Of a DNA stretch of 32,000 nucleotides, positions 1 through 9,375 are shown piece by piece (within the stretch, counting starts at the first letter, position 1; each line of letters opens with the position of its first letter). The position numbers and the translations under genes are program-made. Source of the stretch: Nostoc sp. PCC 7120 = FACHB-418 (lineage in GTDB: Bacteria > Cyanobacteriota > Cyanobacteriia > Cyanobacteriales > Nostocaceae); contig NC_003272.1 in the NCBI RefSeq assembly GCF_000009705.1, positions 1,920,001-1,952,000 on the forward strand, in the 5' to 3' direction. The notes below the pieces were generated by a model, which was not told the DNA's origin, did not search any database, and was given only the letters and a program-made list of their open reading frames with translations.

Positions 1-1223
1 GCATCCATGTTAGTGATGTTGTTGCTTTTTAGTCCTTGGACTTGGAAAACAACGTCGTTGTAATCTATGTAAGAATTACTAGAGCCAACGATCATATCTT
101 CAAATGCCAGGGTTCCCTTATTATCGACAGCAACGATCTGATTTTTGTCGGTCGAGAAAATGACTTGTTTTCCCCATACGTAGCTATTTTGCGGCTGGCG
201 ATAAATCTCCTCAATGCTAGTATCTTGTACCAGCATGAATGCCACTTCGTCGCCAGCATTCATCGTGAAAGAATCAATTCCTTGGTAGCTGCCCTGATTA
301 AAGTTACTTTCCCAGCTAACATTACCATCAAACCGCGCTCCTTCTTGGCGATCGCTGATCAGAATGCGACCTTGTGTAGAGTTACTTAAAGCACGGGTGG
401 CCGCTTCTTTGATAAATGCTAAGGAACCTGGCTGGTATTTTTCCATACCTTTGAGGCTAAATACAGCTAATTGTCCCTGATAGGCACCGCCATCATAGAG
501 ATAGTCTAATTTAACTTGACCAGTGCCATTGACGATAAAAGTACCTGTTTCAAACAGAGGGCGGTTGGCGTAGTCTGATAATTCTTGTCCGACTCCGGTA
601 TTTAACCAGTTGCGGTTGCTGTAGGTGGAGTCTTTGAGAGAGGGCGCATTGGCTGTTGCACCCAACACTTGCACTACCATATCGTTAAAGTCACGATCAT
701 TAGACTTTAAGGTATTGTTATCTTCCCAACCGAAGGTATTGCCCTTACCAGTGATGTCTGCAATTTGGGGAGAAACTTTTCCGGTTGCGCTATCTACTGA
801 ACCAAAAGAAAACAGGATATTGTTGCTAGATGTGGGATATTGAGCAATCTTAGAGACGGTACTATCTGCAATTAACATCATTGCAAATTTACTACCCGCT
901 TTCATCTGAAAGGTTTGTGGCCCATTGTAAACGCCACTGTTAAAGTCCTTTTCCCAGGATAATTCTTGATTCAGGTCGGTGAAACGAGCGCGTTCAGTTT
1001 GATCTCGAACAACTACATAACCAGATTGAGAATTGCTGAGAGCGCGTCTACTTGCTTCTCGGATGAATTCTATAGAACCCACCGCCATATTTTCCATGCC
1101 TTCCAGGCTGAAAATTGCTAATTCTCCCTTATTCATCCCGCCGTCATAGAGAAAATCAACGCTGACGTTGCCTGCTGCGCTAACAGTAAAAATGCCGTTA
1201 TTTAAGTTAGAAATGGTCGTCAT
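1..1223 (-). CDS. DUF4114-repeat protein (two tandem DUF4114-like domains); 3-prime end runs off the left edge of the window
   Basis: Not in the supplied ORF track because it has no stop in the window. ATG at 1223-1221 (minus strand) opens a stop-free frame down to position 3 (407 codons, hand-translated): MTTISNLNNGIFTVSAAGNVSVDFLYDGGMNKGELAIFSLEGMEN...NDRDFNDMVVQVLG...GTGQVKLDYLYDGGAYQGQLAVFSLKGMEK...NSYIDYNDVVFQVQG. The two halves are internal duplicates. Each ends in the D-(F/Y)-ND-x-V-x-QV motif I associate with DUF4114. Track ORFs 36..389(+) and 625..843(+) are antisense to it. Confidence 0.75.
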   Translation of the reverse strand, partial: MTTISNLNNGIFTVSAAGNVSVDFLYDGGMNKGELAIFSLEGMENMAVGSIEFIREASRRALSNSQSGYVVVRDQTERARFTDLNQELSWEKDFNSGVYNGPQTFQMKAGSKFAMMLIADSTVSKIAQYPTSSNNILFSFGSVDSATGKVSPQIADITGKGNTFGWEDNNTLKSNDRDFNDMVVQVLGATANAPSLKDSTYSNRNWLNTGVGQELSDYANRPLFETGTFIVNGTGQVKLDYLYDGGAYQGQLAVFSLKGMEKYQPGSLAFIKEAATRALSNSTQGRILISDRQEGARFDGNVSWESNFNQGSYQGIDSFTMNAGDEVAFMLVQDTSIEEIYRQPQNSYVWGKQVIFSTDKNQIVAVDNKGTLAFEDMIVGSSNSYIDYNDVVFQVQGLKSNNITNMD

Positions 1224-2075
1224 ATTTCTTTGTCTTCAGTTATTATCAATTAATTCTGAACAGTGACAGGATGCCTATTTGATTTCTGAAAAACTAATAC
1301 CAATTCAAGATTAAGCAAGGCAGATATAACAAGGATTAAAATTTCCTTATCTGTCTCTTTCTTTTTTCAAATTGGTATAACAATTGAAGAGATGCTTTTT
1401 GCGTGTACCCTGCAAATTAATACCCTTTATCCTGTACCCTGTTCTTCGTCTACACAAGTAAGATCAAAAATCAAAGTGGGTTGCTATATATAAGTTTTAA
1501 CTTTCGTTAACCAAATAAAAAAACTGTAGTAATACGTTTTCTTGTATAAAGCTTTAATCAAGAAAATGTTTCGTTTCACTTCAAATTAAGTGGTTGGGTG
1601 TGGATATGTATCGTTATGGTCAGGTAAAAGCCGTGAGTGATTTTGCGGAGTCTGCTGTATAAAAGTTAGGCAGGAAGAGGGTTTCAGATTTATGTATTTT
1701 TATTCACATAGTTTGATTTTATTGTGGCGACTTACTTGTTAAATTTAGTCAGTGGGTGAATAATAAAATAATTATAATGCTCATGGAATTTTAGTAGTTA
1801 TTCAGTTTTGCGATCGCTACCCGATGGAAACCCTTCATGAACATCTTTCCTCATCTCTATTGAGACAATAGGCGATCGCAGGCTGATATAGGTTTTTTAC
1901 ACTTCACCCTCAAAATACGGGTTTAGAGTGTAGGGATTGATAAAACTATTATTCTTTCGTTAGTGTGAGAGTGGGGACTCATCACTTGATTAAAAACCTA
2001 CACCTGTGAAACTCCCTGCTCTTGGCTCTTAAAAAAGGACTTTTTGCGTAGTTCCAATTCTTTTCCTCTACCCTC

Positions 2076-2107
2076 TTGACACTCCAGTTCACTGGAGGAT
2101 TCAAGAT
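2076..2107 (+). promoter_or_regulatory. MerR-type promoter/operator upstream of the copper ATPase gene
   Basis: TTGACA (2076-2081) is followed immediately by the dyad CTCCAGT-TC-ACTGGAG (2082-2097). A -10 candidate CAAGAT (2102-2107) follows a 20-bp spacer. An over-long spacer with a dyad between -35 and -10 is the classic MerR-family architecture. The same dyad recurs at 5061-5076. Confidence 0.55.
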
Positions 2108-2148
2108 GAAATCAGTCTTGAACATGACTTGATAATTGGAGTCCGCAA

Positions 2149-4410
2149 ATGAAGAATGCGACACTTAAGCTACGCGGTATGAGTTGCGCTTCCTGCGCTA
2201 AAAGTATTGAAGATACTATCAGTTCTGTCCCAGGTGTAAATGAATGTAGTGTGAACTTTGGGGCAGAACAAGCAACAGTTAATTATGACCCCAGAAAAAC
2301 AGATTTACAAGCCATCCAAAATGCGGTGGATGCCGCAGGTTATTCTGCATCTCCCCTCCAAGAACAAAACTTGATGGCAGGAGAAGATGATGAAGAAAAA
2401 AGATATCGCCTGCAAGAATCCCGTGATTTGATGCGAAAGCTCACAGTAGGGGGCATCATAGGCATCGTGCTGGTGATTGGCTCACTACCAATGATGACAG
2501 GGTTAGACTTACCTTTGATTCCCATATGGCTGCATAACCCTTGGCTGCAATTAGTCCTGACCACTCCTGTACAGTTTTGGTGTGGTTACTCCTTCTACAT
2601 CAACACTTGGAAAGCTTTCCAGCGCCATGCGGCCACAATGGATACCCTAATTACTTTAGGTACGAGTGCAGCATATTTCTATTCTTTATTTGCAACTTTA
2701 TTTCCTAGTTTTTTCATCGCCCAGGGATTGATGCCAGATGTGTATTATGAAACTGCGGCAATTGTAATTACCTTGATTTTGTTGGGGCGGCTATTTGAGA
2801 ATCGCGCCAAAGGACAAACCTCAGAAGCTATTCGCAAGCTGATCGGTTTACAAGTGAAAACAGCCAGGTTGATTCGCAACGGGCGAGAAGTAGATGTACC
2901 GATTGAGGAAGTAGAAATTGGTGATGTGGTGCTGGTTCGTCCTGGGGAAAAAATTCCTGTTGATGGGGAAGTAGTTGACGGGACATCCACAGTTGATGAA
3001 GCGATGGTAACTGGGGAAAGTATACCTGTGAAAAAACAACCAGGGGATGAAGTGATAGGCGCAACCATCAATAAAACTGGCAGTTTTAAGTTTCGAGCCA
3101 CAAGAGTTGGTAAAGACACCGTATTGGCGCAAATTGTCCAACTAGTGCAGCAAGCCCAAGGCTCAAAAGCACCCATTCAAAGATTAGCAGACCAAGTTAC
3201 GGGGTGGTTTGTGCCGGCGGTAATTGCGATCGCTATTCTCACCTTTATTATTTGGTATAACTTTATGGGTAATGTCACCCTGGCATTGATTACCACGGTC
3301 GGGGTGTTAATTATTGCTTGTCCTTGTGCTTTGGGTTTAGCCACGCCAACCTCGGTGATGGTAGGTACTGGTAAAGGTGCAGAAAACGGAATTTTAATTA
3401 AAGGAGCTGAAAGCCTAGAATTAGCGCACCAAATTCAAACAATTGTTTTAGATAAAACCGGCACAATTACCCAAGGTAAACCAACAGTTACAGATTTTGT
3501 CACAGTTGACGGTACTGCTAACAGCAACGAAATCAAGCTGATACAATTAGCCGCATCCTTAGAACGCAATTCTGAACATCCCCTAGCAGAAGCAGTTGTG
3601 AGATATGCTCAATCTCAGGAGGTAACTTTAGCAGATGTCACAGACTTTGCAGCCGTGGTAGGTAGTGGTGTACAAGGTATTGTTACTCACCATCTTGTGC
3701 AGATTGGTACACAACGCTGGATGGAAGAATTAAGTATCAGCACTCAAGCCTTGCAGCAAGACAAAGAACGCTTAGAATATCTGGGTAAAACAGCCGTGTG
3801 GTTGGCAGTTGACGGGGAAATCGCCGGATTAATGGGGATTGCTGATGCGATTAAACCCACTTCCACCCAAGCTATCAGAGCATTGCAAAAACTCGGTTTA
3901 GAAGTTGTCATGCTCACAGGCGACAATCGCCGCACCGCCGAAAGTATTGCCCGTGAGGTGGGGATTAAAAGAGTCTTAGCAGAAGTCCGTCCCGACCAAA
4001 AAGCCGCTACAGTGCAAGCAATACAAGCAGAAGGCAAAATTGTCGCCATGGTTGGTGATGGGATTAATGATGCACCAGCCTTAGCTCAAGCCGATGTGGG
4101 AATTGCGATTGGTACAGGTACAGATGTGGCGATCGCTGCGAGTGACATCACCCTAATTTCCGGCGATCTGCAAGCCATAGTTACAGCCATTCAACTCAGC
4201 CGCGCCACCATTCACAACATCCGCCAAAACCTATTTTTCGCCTTCATTTATAACGTTGCGGGTATTCCCATCGCCGCCGGGATTCTCTTCCCCATCTTTG
4301 GTTGGTTACTTAATCCCATCATCGCCGGTGCAGCAATGGCTTTTAGCTCGGTTTCCGTCGTCACAAATGCTCTGCGTTTACGTAAATTCCAACCTAAAAC
4401 ACTTGTATAG
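2149..4410 (+). CDS. copA: Copper(I)-translocating P1B-1-type ATPase (CopA/PacS/CtaA-like)
   Basis: 753-aa ORF with GGAG 9 nt upstream of the ATG. Motifs: N-terminal HMA domain [12 protein letters not shown] (CxxC), actuator TGES (VTGESIP), CPC in [11 protein letters not shown], phosphorylation site DKTGTIT, hinge [10 protein letters not shown]. Cu(I) selectivity residues YN (FIYNVAGIP) and MxxSS (MAFSSVS) are in the last two TM helices. Confidence 0.95.
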   Translation: MKNATLKLRGMSCASCAKSIEDTISSVPGVNECSVNFGAEQATVNYDPRKTDLQAIQNAVDAAGYSASPLQEQNLMAGEDDEEKRYRLQESRDLMRKLTVGGIIGIVLVIGSLPMMTGLDLPLIPIWLHNPWLQLVLTTPVQFWCGYSFYINTWKAFQRHAATMDTLITLGTSAAYFYSLFATLFPSFFIAQGLMPDVYYETAAIVITLILLGRLFENRAKGQTSEAIRKLIGLQVKTARLIRNGREVDVPIEEVEIGDVVLVRPGEKIPVDGEVVDGTSTVDEAMVTGESIPVKKQPGDEVIGATINKTGSFKFRATRVGKDTVLAQIVQLVQQAQGSKAPIQRLADQVTGWFVPAVIAIAILTFIIWYNFMGNVTLALITTVGVLIIACPCALGLATPTSVMVGTGKGAENGILIKGAESLELAHQIQTIVLDKTGTITQGKPTVTDFVTVDGTANSNEIKLIQLAASLERNSEHPLAEAVVRYAQSQEVTLADVTDFAAVVGSGVQGIVTHHLVQIGTQRWMEELSISTQALQQDKERLEYLGKTAVWLAVDGEIAGLMGIADAIKPTSTQAIRALQKLGLEVVMLTGDNRRTAESIAREVGIKRVLAEVRPDQKAATVQAIQAEGKIVAMVGDGINDAPALAQADVGIAIGTGTDVAIAASDITLISGDLQAIVTAIQLSRATIHNIRQNLFFAFIYNVAGIPIAAGILFPIFGWLLNPIIAGAAMAFSSVSVVTNALRLRKFQPKTLV

Positions 4411-4421
4411 GAGGTTTTTCA

Positions 4422-4985
4422 ATGGTGAACAAAACAGCACTCATCGGTAGTATAGCCAGTTTAGGAATTGTCTTCGGAATTGCATCTGGTCAAGCAGCAG
4501 CACAAACATCACATGAGGCGCACTCAGTCCAAACCAATCAATTTCAACCCATTAACCAGCCATTAGGAAACAAGTTAGCCATTACCCTCGGCGGATTGGG
4601 GCTAATTGGCTTAGAACTCTGGTGGTTCTTGCTGAGTAAACCCAAATCACAAACAGCAGTTGCAACAGTTGAGAATATTCAGGAAGTAACCATCACCGTT
4701 GATGGAGGCTATGATCCAAGTCGGATTGTAGTACAAGTTGGGAAACCAGTACGACTGAAATTTGAACGCAAAGATCCCAGTAGTTGTTTAGAAAAGGTTT
4801 TGATTCCAGACTTTCACATTGCCGCAGATTTACCACTCAATCAAGTAATAACTGTGGAATTTACCCCTAAAGCTATAGGTGAATATGCTTTCACCTGCGG
4901 GATGAATATGTTTCGTGGTGCGATCGCCGTCGAATCAGCAAACGCGAGTGAAGAAATAGCTGCTACTCACATTAGTTTCTCATGA
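4422..4985 (+). CDS. Membrane-anchored cupredoxin-like (plastocyanin-domain) protein, copper-ATPase associated
   Basis: 187-aa ORF starting 12 nt after the copA stop, with AGGAGG 7 nt upstream. Two N-terminal hydrophobic segments. The C-terminal beta-type domain carries candidate Cu ligands (SSCLEKVLIPDFH ... FTCGMNMFRG), as in cupredoxin-like proteins often encoded next to Cu ATPases. Confidence 0.8.
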   Translation: MVNKTALIGSIASLGIVFGIASGQAAAQTSHEAHSVQTNQFQPINQPLGNKLAITLGGLGLIGLELWWFLLSKPKSQTAVATVENIQEVTITVDGGYDPSRIVVQVGKPVRLKFERKDPSSCLEKVLIPDFHIAADLPLNQVITVEFTPKAIGEYAFTCGMNMFRGAIAVESANASEEIAATHISFS

Positions 4986-5054
4986 GATTACACCTTGGAA
5001 TTATCTTACAGTCAGGAGATTGGTCTCACGGTGCATCAGGAGAATCTTTGAAAC

Positions 5055-5086
5055 TTGACTCTCTAGTTAACTGGAGAGTTTAGTAT
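5055..5086 (+). promoter_or_regulatory. MerR-type promoter/operator upstream of the regulator gene (probable autoregulation)
   Basis: TTGACT (5055-5060) is followed immediately by CTCTAGT-TA-ACTGGAG (5061-5076). This lies within a 22-bp palindrome ACTCTCTAGTTAACTGGAGAGT (5058-5079) with one mismatched pair. The -10 candidate TAGTAT (5081-5086) follows a 20-bp spacer. The layout is the same as at 2076-2107. Confidence 0.55.
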
Positions 5087-5124
5087 AAGATTAGTAATCA
5101 TATCTCACTGAAGGTTTGGTAAGT

Positions 5125-5535
5125 ATGTTAGCCCAAACAGAAGCAAAACAAATTGGTGTAGTTGCCAAAGAAAGCGGCGTACCCATTAAAACCATTCGCT
5201 ACTATGAAGAACTTGGTCTACTCACATCATCAGGCAGAACCGAGGGAGGATTTAGATTATTTAATTCTGATGTTTTGGCACGACTGCACTTTATTAAGCG
5301 CGCTCAAAGTTTAGGATTAAGCTTGTCAGAAATCAAGGAATTTTTAAATGTCCACGATGGAGGAGAATTACCTTGTGAACATATCAAAATTAAACTAGAA
5401 GATAAGGTAAAAGCTATTGATGAGCAAATTCAGCAATTACTAATTTTGAGGCAAGAATTATCAGGATTACTTTCTGGGTGGGAAATAAAGCCTGATAATT
5501 CTCATAAAACCATTTGCCCCATTATTGAACATTAA
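5125..5535 (+). CDS. MerR-family heavy-metal-responsive transcriptional regulator (CueR-like)
   Basis: N-terminal winged-HTH IGVVAKESGVPIKTIRYYEELGLL...GGFRLF, a coiled-coil dimerisation helix, and the C-terminal metal-loop remnant TICPIIEH (compare the DCPIIE of CueR, from memory). The track starts the ORF at a TTG (5116); the ATG at 5125 (MLAQTE...) is the more likely start. Confidence 0.9.
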   Translation: MLAQTEAKQIGVVAKESGVPIKTIRYYEELGLLTSSGRTEGGFRLFNSDVLARLHFIKRAQSLGLSLSEIKEFLNVHDGGELPCEHIKIKLEDKVKAIDEQIQQLLILRQELSGLLSGWEIKPDNSHKTICPIIEH

Positions 5536-5547
5536 TTAGATCATGTT

Positions 5548-5615
5548 TGACTGTTCGCAAGCACCAATACTTACCCAAGTGCTAGAACCATCTTGCTAAT
5601 GTTCTTTTTTCCAAA
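5548..5615 (-). pseudogene. Displaced duplicate of the moaE 3-prime end (68 bp)
   Basis: 5548-5615 matches 17549-17616 (the last ~22 codons of moaE) at 66 of 68 positions, in the same orientation. One of the two differences turns the Trp codon of ...KKEHWQDG... into TAG, so this copy is dead. Confidence 0.85.
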
Positions 5616-5874
5616 AAAGTGAGCAATTATGTGCTTAATACCAACGAAATGAGATGTTGAAATTTTTGAATTCTGTTGGTTTAAGACTTTTTTACATGAA
5701 ATTAATCAGAGGATTTGATTTATGAACGGATTTTAAGATAAGAGCCTTGTTAAATATGGATTTAAGTTTCAGTATGTTTTCAAAATCAAAAATTAGTTCC
5801 TGACTTCCGATTTCTGTCACAATCCTTCCTTCTTATTTATTATTTTTGAAAGCATAAAAAGTGGGATGCACTCT

Positions 5875-6261
5875 CTAACTAGTCTCAATTATCAGCCGTT
5901 GGAGTGTAATTTGAATTAATCCAATGGCAATCTGTACAATTAGCCAACCACTTAAACAAATTAAAATCGCCCTAACCAATTTGATATTCAACCAACCTTT
6001 TAAAACTACAATTATTGCTAATAAACTCCAGACTGATAGTCCAATTTCAATCGGTCTTCCCAAAAGCGGAATCACTGTAAAAAAGTTGAAGATTTGGGGA
6101 GTATGAGCAAAGCCAATTGGAATCAGCAGTTTTCTATAGGTAGGAATAGATAATCGCAACTGTTTTCCGGTTTTCCAAATGGTAAATATCCAAAAATAGT
6201 AACCTGCTATTACACTGAAAGCGTTGATTACAAATATAAAAATTAGCAGTGATAATTTCAC
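5875..6261 (-). CDS. Multi-pass membrane protein, YIP1-like, apparently 5-prime truncated
   Basis: 128-aa ORF from a GTG, with four to five hydrophobic helices. The frame stays open without a start codon up to 6390 (RLSAETAILQTLRASSIRSVNVIVILAAIAHASGSVIIPLLAQ...), where it collides with the oppositely oriented ORF at 6368. This suggests a truncated gene. Confidence 0.4.
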   Translation of the reverse strand: MKLSLLIFIFVINAFSVIAGYYFWIFTIWKTGKQLRLSIPTYRKLLIPIGFAHTPQIFNFFTVIPLLGRPIEIGLSVWSLLAIIVVLKGWLNIKLVRAILICLSGWLIVQIAIGLIQITLQRLIIETS

Positions 6262-6367
6262 CTGAGCCAGTAATGGAATAATTACACTGCCTGAAGCATG
6301 GGCGATCGCTGCTAAAATTACAATTACATTAACCGAACGTATACTAGAAGCACGTAATGTCTGGAGA

Positions 6368-6907
6368 ATGGCTGTTTCCGCCGATAATCGCTACGGGCCT
6401 ATCTACAACCAAGCGATCGCTCTAACAATTGTCGAGCAAATGGAGAAACAGCAACCAATTCCCACATCTCCAAAAGAACCAATTCAGCTAATTTTAATGG
6501 GTACAAGTGGCGGCGCTCAGGTGGCTTTAGGTGCTGCTCCCTATTTAGACGAATGGCTTCCCGTGGAAATTACTGTAGTTTCCTTCGGAGGTGTATTTGA
6601 TGGTAATGAAGGCTTTGATGTCGCAAAGCACGTTTACCATTTTCGGGGAGAGCAAGATTGGATTGAAAACATTGGCGGAATAGTTTTTCCGTCCCGATGG
6701 CGATGGACTATAGGTTCTCCTTATAATCGCGCTCGTCGTGAGAATCGCTATACAGTTTACAGTAGCGGCCCCCATCAACATCAGGGAGATGAAAGCTATT
6801 TTAGTCAAGAAGTCGCCCAAAATGATGGTACAACCTACGCAGAATTAACGGTACAACAAGTAAATCGGCTACCCATTTGGTCTTCATCAAAAGTCAGTAG
6901 TCAGTAA
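6368..6907 (+). CDS. Hypothetical protein with alpha/beta-hydrolase-like nucleophile elbow (possibly a truncated gene)
   Basis: 179-aa ORF. LILMGTSGGAQVALGAA resembles a GxSxG elbow following a beta strand. No recognisable N-terminal half. It abuts the truncated membrane-protein gene on the other strand. Confidence 0.4.
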   Translation: MAVSADNRYGPIYNQAIALTIVEQMEKQQPIPTSPKEPIQLILMGTSGGAQVALGAAPYLDEWLPVEITVVSFGGVFDGNEGFDVAKHVYHFRGEQDWIENIGGIVFPSRWRWTIGSPYNRARRENRYTVYSSGPHQHQGDESYFSQEVAQNDGTTYAELTVQQVNRLPIWSSSKVSSQ

Positions 6908-7013
6908 TTGTTCTTCCCTGCTCTTTATCTTTGTATACCCGCATTTTTGCCTCCCCTCATTTTTTCTGCTCCCCTCCTTGCATCTCTTTAATTTCAAACA
7001 AACTAATTAACAC

Positions 7014-7256
7014 TCATGCTAAGGGAATTGATAAGAAAACTCCCACTAATCCTGCAACCTTAGCTCCTACTAGTAAAGCAAAGAACATAAAAACTGGATT
7101 CATGTTAATTGAGCCTTGCATAATGCGCGGCATGAGTAAATTTTCTTCTACTTGCTGGAGAAGGACACAAGCAATTAACGAAACTAGGGTAATGCCAATT
7201 GTCGCTCCAATGCCAGGAGTTAAATCAAAGACACCGGCGATCTCTGCCAAGAGCAA
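7014..7256 (-). pseudogene. Remnant of an AI-2E family (PerM/UPF0118) transporter gene
   Basis: An 80-codon open frame, with a stop three codons upstream of its TTG. It encodes ...IGATIGITLVSLIACVLLQQVEENLLMPRIMQGSINMNPVFMFFALLVGAKVAGLVGVFLSIPLA. This matches the conserved C-terminal block (Q-x-hE-x-N-hh-x-P-x-IM-G ... P) of ~350-aa AI-2E transporters; the rest of the gene is absent. Confidence 0.6.
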
Positions 7257-7861
7257 AGAGTAATATCATAGCGAAGCTGCTTTGCGATTGTAACGACGCT
7301 GTGATATGCTGACGTTACGAAATAAATGTCCTAGTATTGATTCAATATTCAGCAGGTTTAGTTCATGTCGCAGGCAACTATCTCTTCAGTAGCTTTAAAT
7401 AGTTGGTATTGTCCACCTTAAAGGACAAACTGAGCCTTGCAATTATCAAAAGTATTTGTAATTAACTATGCTTGCATAAAAACAGGCTATTTTATCGGTC
7501 TGTAGATTAGTCTGCATATAGTTTATCGTTCACATACTAAGCTTTTTACATACTGTTTGATACCAAAATAAGATTCAAAATCTTGATTCAAGAGATTATT
7601 CCAACAGTTTGAAACAAGACAAATTATCCATATATGATATCACTCTTCAATCAGTCTTCAATCAGTATGAAATAACTACAAGTTAGTAGTTTTTAATTAT
7701 TAAGATATAAAGAAAGTATTGATTGTAATTATGTATATCATGAACAACTTGCAGCAAGGTAATAGGAATTATTAATTACAAAATTTTATTGCCAATCGAT
7801 ATATTTTTAATCTGAATTAAGCACTGGCAATTTTATTTTAATTGAGACGCTAGGAGGAAAC

Positions 7862-9334
7862 TTGAACGGAACAATTTTGAGGCGAGAGTGGTTTTTTAAC
7901 ACTCAGCGAGACATTATGGCAGGTGCGGTTGTGGGACTAGCATTGATTCCAGAGGCGATCGCCTTTTCGATTATTGCTGGGGTTGATCCCAAAGTGGGGC
8001 TATATGCCTCATTTATTATTGCCGTCATGACAGCCTTTTTAGGGGGGAGGCCGGGTTCAATTTCTGCCGCTACAGGGGCGATGGCTCTGTTAATGATTGA
8101 TTTAGTCAAAGATCATGGGTTGCAGTATTTATTCGCAGCCACTTTGTTAACAGGGGTCTTTCAAGTTGTATTTGGATTCCTGCAACTAGGCCGTCAAATG
8201 AGATTTGTACCTAGGGCGGTGATGATTGGTTATATTAATGCCCTAGCGGTGTTAATTTTCCTCGCCCAGTTACCACAACTGACGAATGTACCACCCACCG
8301 TATATATATTGACTCTCCTTTCCTTGGGGATTATTTATATTCTGCCGCGTTTTACTAAAGCCGTCCCCTCTCCCTTGGTGGCGTTGGCGGTGATGACTAT
8401 AGCCGCGATCGCACTCAAACTTAAAGTTCCCAGAGTGGGGGATATGGGAGAGTTACCGACTGCATTACCAAGTTTTGCTTTGCCCCAAGTGCCGTTAACT
8501 CTAGAAACATTCAAGATTATTCTGCCTTATTCTTTAACATTGGCGATCGTGGGTTTGTTGGCTTCATTCTTAACCGCTTCACTAGTAGATGAACTCACAG
8601 ATACCCCCAGCGATAAAAACCAAGAAGCCAAAGGACAAGGGATTGCAAATATAGTTACGGCATTTTTTGGGGGCATGGCCGGATGTGGGATGATTGGGCA
8701 ATCGGTGATTAATGTCCAGTCTGGCGGAAGGGGGAGATTATCAACCCTGGCGGCTGGAGTGTTCCTATTAATTGCCATTTTATTTTTACAGGATTGGGTG
8801 AAACAAATGCCAATGGCGGCACTAGTAGCCGTGATGATTATGGTGTCAATTGGGACATTTCGCTGGACATCCTTTAAAAATATCTCCCGCATTCCCCGCA
8901 CGGAAACGGCTGTGATGTTAACGACGATGTTTGTGACAATCTTCACCCGTAATTTTGCCCTGGGTGTTGTGACAGGTATCGTTATGAGTACAGTATTTTT
9001 CTCTAACAAGATTGCTCAATTGGTATTTGTCGATAAAGTGCTAAGTGAAGATGGTACGCATCGCATCTATAAAGTAGTGGGACAAATTTTCTTTTTATCT
9101 AGAGATGAATTTCTCGGATTTTTTGATTTTACCGAATTGCTGGAGCGTGTCACCATTGATTTAACTCATGCTCACCTGTGGGATCAAGGGGCAGTGGAGG
9201 TACTTGATAGAGCAGTATTGAAATTTCGCCGCAATGGGGCAGAAGTTGAACTAATCGGGCTGAATCAAGCTAGTGCTACGTTGTTGAATAAATTAGCAAC
9301 TCATCAAAAATCCGATGCTGTGAATAAGCAGTAG
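7862..9334 (+). CDS. SulP-family inorganic anion transporter with C-terminal STAS domain
   Basis: 490-aa ORF with AGGAGG 4 nt upstream of a TTG start (alternative ATG at 7916). Polytopic core with [17 protein letters not shown] and [31 protein letters not shown] (SulP signature region). STAS-like tail ([16 protein letters not shown]...). Confidence 0.9.
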   Translation: MNGTILRREWFFNTQRDIMAGAVVGLALIPEAIAFSIIAGVDPKVGLYASFIIAVMTAFLGGRPGSISAATGAMALLMIDLVKDHGLQYLFAATLLTGVFQVVFGFLQLGRQMRFVPRAVMIGYINALAVLIFLAQLPQLTNVPPTVYILTLLSLGIIYILPRFTKAVPSPLVALAVMTIAAIALKLKVPRVGDMGELPTALPSFALPQVPLTLETFKIILPYSLTLAIVGLLASFLTASLVDELTDTPSDKNQEAKGQGIANIVTAFFGGMAGCGMIGQSVINVQSGGRGRLSTLAAGVFLLIAILFLQDWVKQMPMAALVAVMIMVSIGTFRWTSFKNISRIPRTETAVMLTTMFVTIFTRNFALGVVTGIVMSTVFFSNKIAQLVFVDKVLSEDGTHRIYKVVGQIFFLSRDEFLGFFDFTELLERVTIDLTHAHLWDQGAVEVLDRAVLKFRRNGAEVELIGLNQASATLLNKLATHQKSDAVNKQ

Positions 9335-9375
9335 ATTGCCTTTACACCCTTTGATTAACAAGGGATAAAACTACC

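Noticed and set aside
36-843. Track ORFs 36..389(+) and 625..843(+)
   Set aside because: Both lie antisense to the long stop-free minus-strand frame (1..1223), which has clear internal-duplicate domain structure. Their translations have no recognisable motifs.
1982-2164. 60-aa minus-strand ORF overlapping the copA promoter and start codon
   Set aside because: It covers the MerR-type promoter/operator and the copA ribosome-binding site. The sequence is low-complexity and it has no coding support.
2340-4450. Minus-strand ORFs 2340..2564, 2745..3176, 2828..3064, 2848..3141, 3744..4049 and the + alternative frame 4256..4450
   Set aside because: All are embedded in the strongly supported copA reading frame, either antisense or out of frame. 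They are typical shadow ORFs.
6931-7263. 110-aa + strand ORF
   Set aside because: The opposite strand over the same bases encodes a recognisable AI-2E transporter block. The + strand translation is Ser/Pro/Lys-rich with no motif.
7645-7666. Tandem 11-mer CTTCAATCAGT x2 in the SulP leader as a regulator binding site
   Set aside because: It is only two copies in very AT-rich DNA and resembles no operator I know. It is mentioned under the SulP finding but not called as a feature.
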